A stretch of DNA of 64,000 nucleotides from Mobula hypostoma. Its lineage: Eukaryota. Positions 23,741 to 35,471 of this stretch are shown piece after piece; the first letter of the stretch is position 1, and each line of letters starts with the position of its first letter. The stretch is taken from the NCBI RefSeq assembly GCF_963921235.1, contig NC_086119.1, forward strand, positions 34,100,001 to 34,164,000. Reading direction: 5' to 3'. The notes under the pieces were generated by a model. That model was not told the origin of the DNA and ran no database searches. It saw nothing but the letters and a program-made list of their open reading frames with translations. Position numbers and translations under genes: made by a program.

Positions 23741-24027
23741 CTGTTTGTCTTTTCACAGAAGCTGTCTGGCCAGTTGAGTTTACCCAGCACTTCTAGATTT
23801 TATTTCAGATTTCCACCCTCTGCAGTTTTTTTTTAGTCTTCAAAGCCTAGGGCTCCTCGACCACTGTGGTTTTCTAGGTATCTTTCTCTGGATCTCTACT
23901 GAGATGTGTATTGGACTCCTAATATCAGTCAAAAAAAAATCACCAGAGAGGATGCAAATTAAAAGGTTTTTTGGACAAATTGAGTGTTGACAGAAAGAAA
24001 ACTTTTTGAAAACAATCAATATAACAA

Positions 24028-24478
24028 TCCACCTCCCCTTTGTACCCCATCCGTTATTTATTTATTTTATTATTATTACTAATTTTTTTTCTGTCGCCTT
24101 TTTCTCCCTCTGTCCCTCTCACTATACTCCTTGCCCATCCTCTGGGCTTCCCTCCTCCCCCTTTCTTTCTCCCCAGGCCTCCCGTCCTATGATCCTCTCC
24201 CTTCTCCAGCCTCATATCCCTTTTGCCAATCAACTTTCCAGCTCTTAGCTCCATCCCTCCCCCTCCTGTTTTCTCCTATCTTTTCCGATATCCCCCCCTC
24301 CCCCTCCCACTTTCAAATCTCTTACTATCTCTTCTTTCAGTTAGTCCTGATGAAGGGTCTCGGCCCGAAACGTCGACGGTACTTCTTCCTAGAGATGCTG
24401 CCTGGCCTGCTGCGTTCACCAACATTTTCTGTGTGTGTTGCTTGAAATTCCAGCATCTGCAGATTTCCTCGTGTTTGC
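24028..24478 (+). mobile_element. Penelope-like 3' UTR with tail
   Basis: Near-identical to the 6430-6856 UTR. Confidence 0.9.
24342..24379 (+). ncRNA. Minimal hammerhead ribozyme, core intact, stem I weakened
   Basis: tagtc CTGATGA a gggt ctcg gccc GAAAC GTC gacgg. Confidence 0.72.
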
Positions 24479-24556
24479 ATATAACTTTGACCAAGTTCTG
24501 CAGCCAAAGAACACAGCTTTGTCTGACTCCATGTGAAGCTCGGTGGGATATATCTT

Positions 24557-25212
24557 AAACACAAAATAATCTGCAGATGCTGTGATCAAAGCAACACTTT
24601 CAGTACGCTGGATGAACTCAGCAGGTCGGGCAGCATCAGTTAGAAACGATGAGTCGACGTTTCGGGCCAGAACCCTTCGTCAGGACTGAAGAATGAAAGA
24701 TGGGGAAGGATTTGAGGAATGCTTGTAGCTTCAGTTGAAAGACCAGTTATTTGAAAGACAAAGGGGTGGGGGAGGGGAAGCATTGACGTCATAGCTCTGA
24801 AAACAATGGATAGTAGAAGAAGGAGGCGGAACCATGAGGGAGCTGGGGGAGGGGTAGAGTGAAATAGGGAGGGGGAGGGAATTACCGGAAGGTGGAGAAT
24901 TCTATGTTCATACCAAGGGGGGAGAATTCTATGTTCATATCAATTCTAGTTCATACCCATTCCCATTCAGATATGTCAATACATGGCCTCCTCTACTGCC
25001 ATGATGAGGCTAAACTCAGGTTGGAGGAGCAACACCTCATATACCGTCTAGGTAGTCTCCAGCCCCTTGGTATGAACATAGAATTCTCCAACTTCCGGTA
25101 ATTCCCTCCCCCTCCCTTCCTCTATCCCTATTTCGGGCCGGAACCCCGAAACATCGACTCACTGTTTCCACGGATGCTGCCCGACCTGCTGAGTTCCTCC
25201 AGTGTGTTGGGA
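24557..25212. mobile_element. Inverted (head-to-head) Penelope-like insertion, second subfamily
   Basis: Minus-oriented 3' end at 24557-~24918. Plus-oriented piece from ~24955 encodes HSHSDMSIHGLLYCHDEAKLRLEEQHLIYRLGSLQPLGMNIEFSNFR*. Confidence 0.85.
24652..24688 (-). ncRNA. Minimal hammerhead ribozyme, core intact
   Basis: Reverse complement reads cagtc CTGACGA a gggt tctg gccc GAAAC GTC gact. Confidence 0.75.
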
Positions 25213-26070
25213 GTGTTTCCATGGTCAATCATACTGCCAAGATGGAACAAGGTATGATTAGTGCTTATCCCAACCAGGTGATGTACATGGGGCTGGCAAC
25301 AGTATTGAAAGGCAAATCTGTATTGAAAGGTAAAATCCTTCAGAATGGGTGGAACCTGACATCCTAGTACATTTTTAAAAGGCTTGTGGTTTATTTCAAA
25401 TGAAATGATAAGTGTCAGGGAAAATAAGTTAATCCGTGATAAGAGTCTCTGGGTTGTGAACGCAGTTATAAATTAAAGCAGAAAGCATTTTCCTAGTGCT
25501 GTTCATGTTGCATTAGATTTACTGAGGTCCTCAAATGAAGAAGCAGATTGGCCCCAGAAAGTCAGAGGAGAAGCTGCCAACACAAGTATGGTTTGCCAGG
25601 GGTATTGCTGCCCACTAGGATGATTTGTGAGAAACTTCCTACATTCGTAATTGCACAGCAAAGGAACTGACTTCCTGCCTCCCAATTTTTGCAGTTAGCC
25701 TTGACACTGCTGGAGGAGCGATTGACCAGCCTACTGGTTCTGTTCTTATCTGATGTGCATATGTGAGGATGTTCACACAAGCACACGCATTCCGGTAATA
25801 GACTGATCTAATTGCTTTGATTGGGAAACTCAGGCTATTTTTCTTTTTGGTTCCCATAATTGCTTCCAAACTGAGTTATCTGATGTGGATTGTGAATCAA
25901 CCCCAGTTTCCCTGTGATATTCATATCTTAGGAATTTTCTGTACAAACTATTTGTAGAATCACTGAAAAAACATTGCCTGAACAGTCTACTCTCAGATTA
26001 CCATCTGCCCTTTCAACATTTCTCAGTAAATGATAATTGCCCCTTGCAAAACAAATCAAAGAGATAAGAA

Positions 26071-26296
26071 AACAACAGGAATTCTGCAGATGCTGGAAAT
26101 TCAAGCAACACACATCCAAGTTGCTGGTGAACACAGCAGGCCAGGCAGCACCTGTAGGAAGAGGTGCAGTCGGCGTTTCAGGCCGAGACCCTTCGTCAGG
26201 ACTAACTGAAGGGTCTCGGCCTGAAACGTCGACTGCACCTCTTCCTACAGATGCTGCCTGGCCTGCTGCGTTCACCAGCAACTTTGATGTGTGTTG
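26071..26296. mobile_element. Fold-back mini-Penelope element with 14-bp TSD
   Basis: Inverted arms join at ctaactGAAGGgtctcgg. Flanked by caaagagataagaa at 26057-26070 and 26297-26310. Confidence 0.92.
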
Positions 26297-26386
26297 CAAA
26301 GAGATAAGAATGTGGAGTGGTTGGTGCATGTAAGATATGTGGGTGTGAAATTAAGAGAATTTAGGAGTGAGATGAGGTGAAGTTTA

Positions 26387-26915
26387 AGCAACACACACAA
26401 AATGCTGGAGGAATTCAGCAGGCCAGACAGCATCTATAGGAAAGAGTAAACAGTCGACGTTTCAGGCCGAGAGCCATCATTAGGACTGAAGAAAAAAGAT
26501 GAAAAGTCAGTGTAAGAAGGTGGGTGGAAGGGAGGAAGAAGTAGAAGGCAGATAGGTGAAGCTGGGAGGGGGAAGGGTGAAGTAAACAGCTGTAAAGTCA
26601 ATTGGTGAAAGAGATACAGGGTTGGAGAAGGAGGAATCTGGTAGGAGAGGACAGAAGGCTATGGAAGAAAGGAAGGGCAAGGAGCATCAGAGGGATATAA
26701 TGGGCAGGTAAGAGATAAGGCGAGAGAGAGAGAAGTTGGAATGGGGAATGGTGAAGGAATAAGGGGTTTATTATTTGGGAATAACAACTTTATCGGTCCA
26801 GATAAGGGGGCTTGACCCAAAATGTCAACTGTCCACCTCCCTCCACAGATGTCACCTTATACACTGGGTTCATCCAGCATTTTCTGTATTTTGAAGATTG
26901 CACTATCTGCAGTCG
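26387..26915. mobile_element. Older inverted PLE 3' ends
   Basis: Minus-oriented UTR at 26387-~26765 (hammerhead core CTAATGA, mutated). Decayed plus-oriented tail at ~26795-26915. Confidence 0.75.
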
Positions 26916-29064
26916 CATGTCTCAGCATTCAGATTCCAGTCCACAAGTAAGTATAATCTGGCAATAGGCCCTGTATTTCTGATTAAGTATTGTGCAGGTA
27001 CATCGAAGAAGTAAGTGTACCACTGGATATGACTTAGTTACAGTGCTGAGCAATTCAAAATGGCTGCCTTCCCAGGGCTCTGTTGTTACCCACTGTCTAT
27101 AAATGATAACTTTTGTAGCAAGACTCAAGAAACCCACTAAGGAACTTGATTTAAACAATTCAGAGTTAAGATGCAGTTCGTTGGGTTTCTGAAGGTCTGG
27201 GAGTAAATGATCCGAAGTATTAAGGAAAGTGATGATTAAGCTGGTTAAGCCGAACTGCAACCACTTTAGCTCGGAAAAGTGTCCAACAAAAATACATTTT
27301 GGCAAAAGCTTGGATGTCAGCCTCAAAAATAATTGCCTTTAATAAATTGCCCAGATTTACTGCTGTCATGTGTGTTCTCAACATTTAGCAATGGGATTTA
27401 ATGGGATGGAGCTTTACTGTTGCACAAAGATTTCTAAATTAAACTTGACAATCACAGGAATTGACTGTGCTGCTGCGTCTAAGGGATGCAGATTTAATGG
27501 TCCATTATCGAAGTGCTGTTCATATTTAAAGTGTAAAGGGACTCCAAGGCCCATAAACGCAGTCAAATGCAGAATTTTAGACTGTCAACAGGACCATATA
27601 TTGTATGGATCTACCACAGGGGACACACAGGCAATCTTTATGATGGGAACATTTTGTACTTCAAGGCACATTTTTTGTAACTTCAGGAGCCTGAACAGCT
27701 GTGCACCATAAATAAAGATGAATAATTAGAATTAATAATCAGTTACACATTTTGTGTTGGTTGTAGGGGTGGTTAGGGGCTTGGGCTAGTGTTAACCAGA
27801 TTGTTTATTCAGCTGTCATTTGAGGCTGTAAGCTGCAAATATATGTGACATCAAGTACTTTGCAAATCCCAAATGATTCCTACTTTATCTTCGGAGAGTA
27901 ATGGGAATTTCAAATGCATGAAAATATACACCAAGATTGGCACTGAGCATATATCTGACCCAATTCATTATTCTCATCTGACCTTGTAAATCTAATGCAC
28001 TCGGGCAATGGACCAGAGCAAAATCCCAGCAAGTCCTGTCAAAATAATTTCCAGAATGTTCTCCAAAATTCTACTTGTGAAATAATAACCTCCACCATTG
28101 AAGATGTTACTTTTACATTGTTAGAATGAATCTCTCCCTAGATAATACCAGGCACCTACAGGTGACCTTAGGCTCTGAAGAGACGTGTCATCCAGGGTTT
28201 TGGCTTCCAAGTGCTGACTGTTTATTTCCATTTACACAGATGTGCAGACAGTGCTTGTTTTGCACTCAGTTCTGTTGTTGTCTGGTGATCAATCCAAAAC
28301 CACCGTTCACTATTTTCCATGAGGACTGAATGGTCACTTGAGTAAATCATGGGAAGTTTGTTATTCTCAGAAGAAGTACATCACTAGATTTCCTGAGCTA
28401 GAAAGGAAGAAGTGGCGCTCATTCGCAGAGTATACATACTCATCACCCTGTTTCATACAACAAGATTAGGCTGTCAAAAACCTGACCATAAGTCCTGGAA
28501 AACAGATAGATCATTTTCATAAGTCATAACTCTGCTTCAGTGGCTCTCTACTGTACAAAGCAATGGGCAGACTAACCCCATTCTCAGTGGACTACCGGAT
28601 ATGGTGCTACTGATGTTGTGCAACAGCTTACTTGCAGATCAGAAGGCAAGAAATATTACTAAAAACATGCCTATGGTCTTTTTTTAAAATTGGGTTCTTC
28701 GGCTTTCTTGCTTTGTGGTGCAAACAAACCTCAAGATGTATTATATATACGTTCTTTGATTTTAAAAAAATGTATTTTGATTGATTGATAATTCATGCTT
28801 CTTTCTTGGGAGGTCAGTGACTATCTCAGACCCTGCAATTACTTCTCACTACAGACACTTAAGAACTCATGTATACTTAGAAAAAATGAGGTTAAAAGTA
28901 TGAAAAATTCAGTCAGCACAAGATTGAGGGAATTTTGCAGTGTCATCCATAACAGCACTGCGGGAAGAGTTCAGAATCAGCCACTATTTTTCTCAGCAAC
29001 AGCAGAAAAATTAGATGTTGGAGTAAAGCGGAATTATCTCCTACCACAACGCAGTGACTTAACG

Positions 29065-29279
29065 CAAACAACAGGAATTCTGCAGATGCTGGAAATTCAA
29101 GCAACACACATCAAAGTTGCTGGTGAACGCAGCAGGGCAAGCAGCATCTATAGGAAGAGGCGCAGTCGACGTTTCAGGCTGAGACCCTTCGTCAGGGTCT
29201 CGGCCTGAAACGTCGACTGCGCCTCTTCCTATAGATGCTGCTTGCCCTGCTGCGTTCACCAGCAACTTTGATGTGTGTT
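29065..29279. mobile_element. Fold-back mini-Penelope element with 14-bp TSD
   Basis: Arms join at cttcgtcAGGgtctcgg. Flanked by gcagtgacttaacg at 29051-29064 and 29280-29293. Confidence 0.92.
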
Positions 29280-29389
29280 GCAGTGACTTAACGACTACCT
29301 TTTCCTAAAAAAATAAACTTGCTATTTCCAAAGCAATGGATATTAACCAGACAAGTTTCGCAGTTGGTGGGTGTGCATAGATGGACAGA

Positions 29390-29750
29390 TTGAGCAGACC
29401 AGGCCTGCAATCTCTACAGTTCAGAAGAATGAGAGGGCATCACAATGAATCTTACAAAATTGTTACAGGGCTTGCAAAGTCAGATGCAGCAAAGATTATT
29501 TATCAGTTGCCACACTTGCAGGGTAACGGGAGGGTCATCTAGAACTGAGATGAAGAGATATTTCTACATGCTGAAAGAGGTGAATCTTTGGAATTGGTCG
29601 CTGCTGGACTGTGGAAGCTCGTTTAAAACAAAGATTAATCGGTTTAGGATATTAAGAGAATCCCGGGTTACGGAATTAATGCAGGAAAGCGGTGTTGAGG
29701 TAGAAGTTCAGCAGTAATCTTGAGGAATGGCAAAGCAGGCTTGAGAGGCT
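29390..29750 (+). mobile_element. Degenerate CR1 3' fragment
   Basis: ttcagaagaatgagaggg...agaactgagatgaagagata...gtgaatctttggaatt. Confidence 0.7.
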
Positions 29751-30596
29751 TACGCTGTACGACCATATGTAATTATATAAGCAGAGCATCCACTATGAAC
29801 AAAGTAATAAAACTTCTTTTTTGTCATCCATTTCTTCCTCCTCCCCCCCCCCCACTACATATACACATCAAGTGCATACAAAATTGAAAGTAGCATTGAA
29901 GATCTAAGTGATCACTCCCATCCTCCACATGCACGCTGGCACTGATTTGCCTTGTAAATGATAAACAAAGTTGGATCAAAGCCTTAATGCTCGACTTATC
30001 CCGGTTTAAGGTGGATTATGACAATAGCCAGTCCCTGAAGGGGAATAGCATTTTTGCTACATGGTTGTAATTTTTTTTGACACTATGAACCTGTCATGAA
30101 GAACATTCAGTGCTCTGACTACAAACCAGAAGGAAATCTGAGATGAAATGTGGTTATGTGGGTCTGCAGTGTTTCCTTTGGACTTTATCAGCATTTCAAA
30201 GTTTCCCTTAATTATTCAAGCATACATGGCTTGATATGAAGACAAATGGGGCTTGTTTGATATTCTTGAAGTCAGGAAATGAAGAAAGTGCTCTCCTGAG
30301 GAATGGCATTCTGCTTCATTTAGATGATAGACATATGCATGTTTCTCAGATAAGAACAGTTGCAAGGCTCTCATTTTCATCCTTAAAGAACAGTCGTGTT
30401 TGTCGGCTTGTTGACATGTGCATTATCCTTGTCGTTTTGTACAAAGTGACCTGTGGGAATGGGTACTCAGGTGAGACATGTTAATGGGCTGTTGGATGAC
30501 AGGTAAAATACATGCTATTAAACCAGGCTGTTTATTAGTTTTCTTTTGACTTACATGAAGGAGCTGCTGCCATTACAGAGTTGTTTGTACTTGTTC

Positions 30597-30598
<2 letters not shown>

Positions 30599-30629
<31 letters not shown>
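30599..30629. repeat. (TG)n microsatellite
   Basis: About 15 TG units. Confidence 0.95.
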
Positions 30630-30634
<5 letters not shown>

Positions 30635-30859
30635 AGGCATTTAATTCTTTCTATATCGTTGCTGTGCAGAACTGTCTGCTTTAGATTTCCGAATGTTCAT
30701 ACAACTAAACTTTTAGTTACTAAAAATGATGTCTGTTCTGTTGGTCAGAGATTCAGGATCTTTAATTCCATTTAATCTTCAAAATTCCCTGTGGAATTTA
30801 TAGCCCGTGTTCCCAATTAAGTATGCACAGTTTCATCTTGATTTTGATTAAAATAAGGT

Positions 30860-31460
30860 CTAGGGGACATAGAATTAAAGTGAAGACCAAATGATACCGG
30901 AGGTGGAGAAGGAGGAGGGAGTGGGTGTGAAGGCTGAAAAGAAAACCATTCAGTGAGTGGTGATGGTTTGGAACTCAGTGCCTATTAAGGGCAGTGGAAG
31001 CAGAGTTAATCAAGACTTTCAGAAAGCAACTGAAAAGTCACAAGTGAAAACAATTCAGAAGGCTGGAGGGAAAGAGTAAGAGAATGGAACATAAGAAATA
31101 GGAACAGGGATAGGTTCTTAAGCCCAAAGAGCTTGCTCCACTGAATAAGACCATGCTCGATCTGATCTTGAATTCTGCTCCATTTGCCTGATAGTTCTCT
31201 ATAATTCACAATTCCCTTGCTATCCAAGACTTGGTCCATCACCCTGTTGAATATATTCAATGATTCAGCCTCTGCTGATCTCTGGGGTGAAGAATGCCAA
31301 AGATTCACATCGCCGAGAGAAGAAATCCCTCCTCTAATCTCTGAAGTGGATGAACTCTTTTCCCTTGTTATGAATCCATGTGTTCTCTAGTTCTAAGTTC
31401 ACCCACAAGGGAGAACATCCTCTCCGCAGTTAATTCAAGCCCTCTCAGAATCTCTGTTTT
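30860..31460. mobile_element. Two degenerate CR1 3' fragments in opposite orientation
   Basis: Plus copy ~30860-31085 (ctaggggacatagaattaaagtg). Minus copy ~31088-31460 (aacataagaaataggaacagg; ORF NLWHSSPQRSAEAESLNIF). Confidence 0.7.
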
Positions 31461-31684
31461 AATTAGGTCGTTCTGTGTTGCTCCACAAGCAGCTGACATG
31501 GACCCAATGTGTCAAATGGCCTCCTGCAGTGAGGATTCTGTCAGCATATTGGTTGTGCATGATACATCCTTCCAGTACCATATTCAGACCCTCAGTCTTG
31601 TGCATGGTCAAAACAAAACAAGAATCACATTGAGGAAGGAACAATGGAAATAGTTACTGTAATTTAACCTCAGGTAAACATACG

Positions 31685-32320
31685 AGCATATGAAGTCGAA
31701 ATAACCCCTTAGACCTGCTTCACCTTTAATAAGATCAAAATGGATTTGATTGTAATTTCAACCCTGTAAGTCATCTTCCCAAACAACCTACATCTATTTG
31801 CATATCAAATGCCTAATCACCCCACCTTAAAAATACTCAAAAACTCTGCTTTCAGTGCGCCCTTTAGGAAGGTAGTTCCAATAACTGAGAGCCTTTTGAG
31901 AAAACAGTTTCATTGCGTGTGTCTTAAATGGATGACTCTGGTTTTAAACAATAATCCCTAGTTCTATATTCTCTTGCAAAAAGTACATCCTCTCCAGTCT
32001 GTCAAGGTTCCAGGCTCTTACATGCTTCAGTGAAGTCCTTTATCCCTCTTCTAATTTTCACTGCACATAAGCCCAGCTTGTCTAACCATTTCTCTGAGGA
32101 CAATTCATCTATTCCAGATATTAGTCAAGTGAACCTACTTGAACTGGTTACAAAGCATTACTATCCTTCCTGAAACTGTTCTCATAGCTTTCCAAATCAC
32201 TTGCTGGACCTACTTAGTAGCCCTTTGCAGTTCATTAACAAGGACCTCTGGATTCCTCTGCGTCTCAGAGCTCTACAATATTTTACCATTTAGGTAATGT
32301 GCTTCATTCTTTCTCTTTTT
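31685..32320 (-). mobile_element. Degenerate CR1 fragments
   Basis: agacctgcttcacctttaataagatc, ggtagttccaata and ccctagttcta are CR1-type 3' motifs read on the minus strand. Confidence 0.55.
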
Positions 32321-32414
32321 CCTGCCACAGTCCTCGCTGATTTGATTTGATGTAAATGACACATTTTACTGTATATGTGCACATGACAATTAAAGATAAT
32401 TAGAAATAATTCCG

Positions 32415-32686
32415 AAAATGCTTGAGCCAAGACTTTCACTGATGCCCAGTCGAATTTGTGCCCCTTTCGATCTTCGTGGGCAAAATTCCAGATCACAATG
32501 CAAGCAATCAGCAATGAGATTTCCTCCCCACAATTTTGTTTCCGAAATGATGATCAATCAGTTGATTGAAAAGTATATAAAGGCCAAGCAATCGGATGCC
32601 ACACCACAATTAACGGTGCACTGTTGAATCATGACGAAACGTTTTCAAGTAAATTGCCAAGATCAGAGAACAACTCAACCCAACCA
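32415..32686. mobile_element. Second PLE lineage (Poseidon/Penelope-like): inverted endonuclease remnant plus 3' end with decayed hammerhead
   Basis: Minus strand encodes HEDRKGHKFDWASVKVLAQA. Plus strand has tgca CTGTTGA atcatgac GAAAC GTT ttca at 32617-32647. Confidence 0.6.
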
Positions 32687-32817
32687 TTAAAGCTAATCGT
32701 TAAATCTTTATCTTTAATACACTCAATTGCAGATTTACCCATGTTAAACAACACTAGCCAACTCAGTTAACCTATCTATATTCTTTTACCAGCCTCTCTG
32801 TGTTCTCTTTACTTCTA

Positions 32818-33112
32818 TAGCAGCTAGCACATTGTTTTACGGTGCTGACTGTGAGATAGGGGTTCGATTCCTGCCACTGTCTATAAGGAGTTTGTATTTT
32901 CACCCCACGACTGTGGGTTTCCTTTGAGATTTTCAGGTTCCTTCCACATAGCAAAGACATAAAGATTAGATTTAGTGAGTTCTGGGCATGCTATGATGGT
33001 GCTGGAAGCATGGCTACACTTATGGGCTGCCCCGTTGATTTGATTTGATGTAAATGATATATTTCACATGTTTTGATGTTTCAATGTACATGTGACAAGT
33101 AAAGCTAACCTT
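32818..33112 (+). mobile_element. V-SINE variant with a different 3' tail
   Basis: B box gggttcgattcc, V-domain gtgggtttcct, tail gtacatgtgacaagtaaagcta. Confidence 0.75.
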
Positions 33113-34942
33113 TCTTTCTTTCTTCCTTCTTTTTAACTTGGGTGCTTGATGGTTAGCATGGCCTCAGTGGATTAAAGCGTCTTATTCTGTGCCTCTAAGA
33201 GCTCTATCCTACCTATCTTTGCGTCATCAGCAAATTTAGCCACCATTCCTTCGTCCTAGTCATTGACATAAATTCCAAAAAGTTGAAGCTCCATCTCTAA
33301 TCCCAATGGCACCTCACTCTTTACTTTCTGCCAACTAGAGAAAGATTTAGCATGAACAAAATTAGTTTTCTTTCACTTTGTTTTGGCAGCAATGTATGCT
33401 CCGTACCCAGTGAGCTGTGTGTCGTGTTCATTTCCATCTGTTCTCCAAGTTAAGTGAGATGACAAATATTTAATTGGCTACATTATACTCTGAGCCAACC
33501 CACCACCTGACTAACCGATTGGAGCCACTCAACTCTCAATACTCTCAAAATCTTTTTGTAACCATTAGATGAGCAGTTGAGCTGTGAATGGCATCCCACC
33601 TCTGCTCTGATGGACTTTGACAGCTCTAGTTTGCTGCTTTTAAATGTCTCTCGTAATCATTTAAAAGCAGTGAAAATGGATTGAAGTAATTTAAATTAAA
33701 ATAATTGAACATTAAAAAGGATATTTGATTAGAAAATGTAAAAAGCTACTACTAATTAATTTAATAAGTCTTCATGTTAATGAATCTTTTAAAGAAAGGA
33801 TAAAATCCTTAGACTTTGCTTAATTAGTACCTGCTTAATGAAAGTAGGTGACCCCTCACATCAACAGCACCCCAATATATGTGCCGGCTGGGACTAGGGT
33901 AAATGTGGGGAGCCAGCTAAACTCCAGTCATACATTAGGATACAGCTTTATCTTTTTATCTCGGACGATTGGAATTCAATCTCCTGAATTTTCTGCTGTC
34001 TCGTGGTTTAACTTGAAGAGTAATCTTATGGTGTGCAATCTCAGTAACAGATCTGGAGATCTGCGAGTTGGCAGGATACCACAAGTACTTCTCAGGGGCA
34101 TGCAGCGCTGTAAGCATGAAAGGAGACTCAGATGTCTCAGTGTCTGGCAGCCAAACTCAGGAACCTCTGTTTCTTCTCTGAACACTTAGGTTAAGATCTT
34201 TGAAGTAGTCTTCCTTCCTTCACAGGTTGTCGTAGAAAAGACTGATGGTACAGCCTCAGAAAGATGAAGATAAAAGATGGGATGAGAAGCAGGCTCACAT
34301 AGCTCAGTGACATCTTAGTTGATTTACCTCCCTTGACTCACTTAGTGTCTGGAAACCTATCAGTCTGTGTCTGTAATACTCACTGGGTTGAGAATTCCAA
34401 AGGTTTACAGTCCTTTGAATGAACTGCTCTCAGTGCAAATAGCCTATCTTTTACAATAAGACTGTCATTTTTGTCAATATTCTTCAGCCAAGAGAAATAC
34501 CTGCCACAACACACAGTCAAATGTTGGAGGAATTCAGCAGGTCAGGCAGCATCTATGGAAAAGAGTAAACGGTCAACATATATCAGGCCAAGACCTTTTA
34601 TCAGGAAGAAATATCTTTCAAGTATTTACCATACCATGTCCATTGATGATTTTCAAATTGAGTGGGATCACCTCTGACTTCTAATTCCTAACTTCTACAG
34701 ATTATATGCATATTCAATCCTTTATCAATTTCTCAACAGAAGTCATACCTTCATCCAAGTGAGCAGTCAAAGTAAGCCAGTGTTGAACTTCTGCTGACAT
34801 ATGTATTGCTCCTTAGGAAGGAAGCCCAAAAAGTGCTAATGCTTCACCTCTACTTTGGAAAATGGGACCTGATTATCAGCTTCCTAATCTGAAAAAATAG
34901 GAAATTTCCAGCACTGGATCACCACTGGATTCCCAGTGACTT

Positions 34943-35375
34943 AGACCATAAGACATTGGAGCAGAATTAGGCCATTTGGCCCATCAACTCTGCTCTGCCA
35001 TTTCATCATGGTGATCCATTTTTCTTCTCAGCCCCAATCTTCTGCCTTCTCCCCATATCCCTTCATGCCCTGACCAATCAAGGATCTATCAAGCTCTGCC
35101 TTAAATCTTACATAGAATTGGCTTCCACAGATTCACCACTCTCCGGCTAAAGAAATTCCTCCTCATCTCCATTCTAAAAGAATGCCCATCTATTCTGAGG
35201 CTGTGTCCTCTGGTCTTAGACTATCCCACCATAGGAAATAACTTCTCCACATCACCTCTATCAAGGCTTTTCAGCATTTGATTGGTTCCAATGAGGTCAC
35301 TCCTCATTCTTCTAAATTCCAGTCAATGCAGCCCAGAGCCATCAAAAGTTCTTCCTTTGACAATGTTCAATCCTG
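34943..35375 (-). mobile_element. CR1 3' fragment
   Basis: agaccataagacattggagcagaattaggccatt...aagaaattcctcctcatctc...ctgtgtcctctggtcttagact. Confidence 0.85.
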
Positions 35376-35471
35376 GAAAAATGTGTCACCAGTCTGGATC
35401 AATTTCATGAACATAGTCAGCACATGCTTTACTCATGGTTGACCAGACTAGTTCTTTCAAACAAGGCACTC

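Noticed and set aside
24019-24485. 7-bp atataac as TSD of the 24028-24478 PLE
   Set aside because: Short, AT-rich and offset from the 5' junction; may be chance.
26168-29218. Hammerheads in the 26071 and 29065 palindromes as functional ribozymes
   Set aside because: Plus-strand cores are truncated at the fold-back. One minus copy has GUC>GCC and the other has lost stem I.
3435-29265. Recurrent ORFs containing LLVNAAGQAASIGRGAVDVSGRDPSSG or SVSPDEGSRPETST
   Set aside because: They are translations of the non-coding PLE 3' end and hammerhead, not a gene family.
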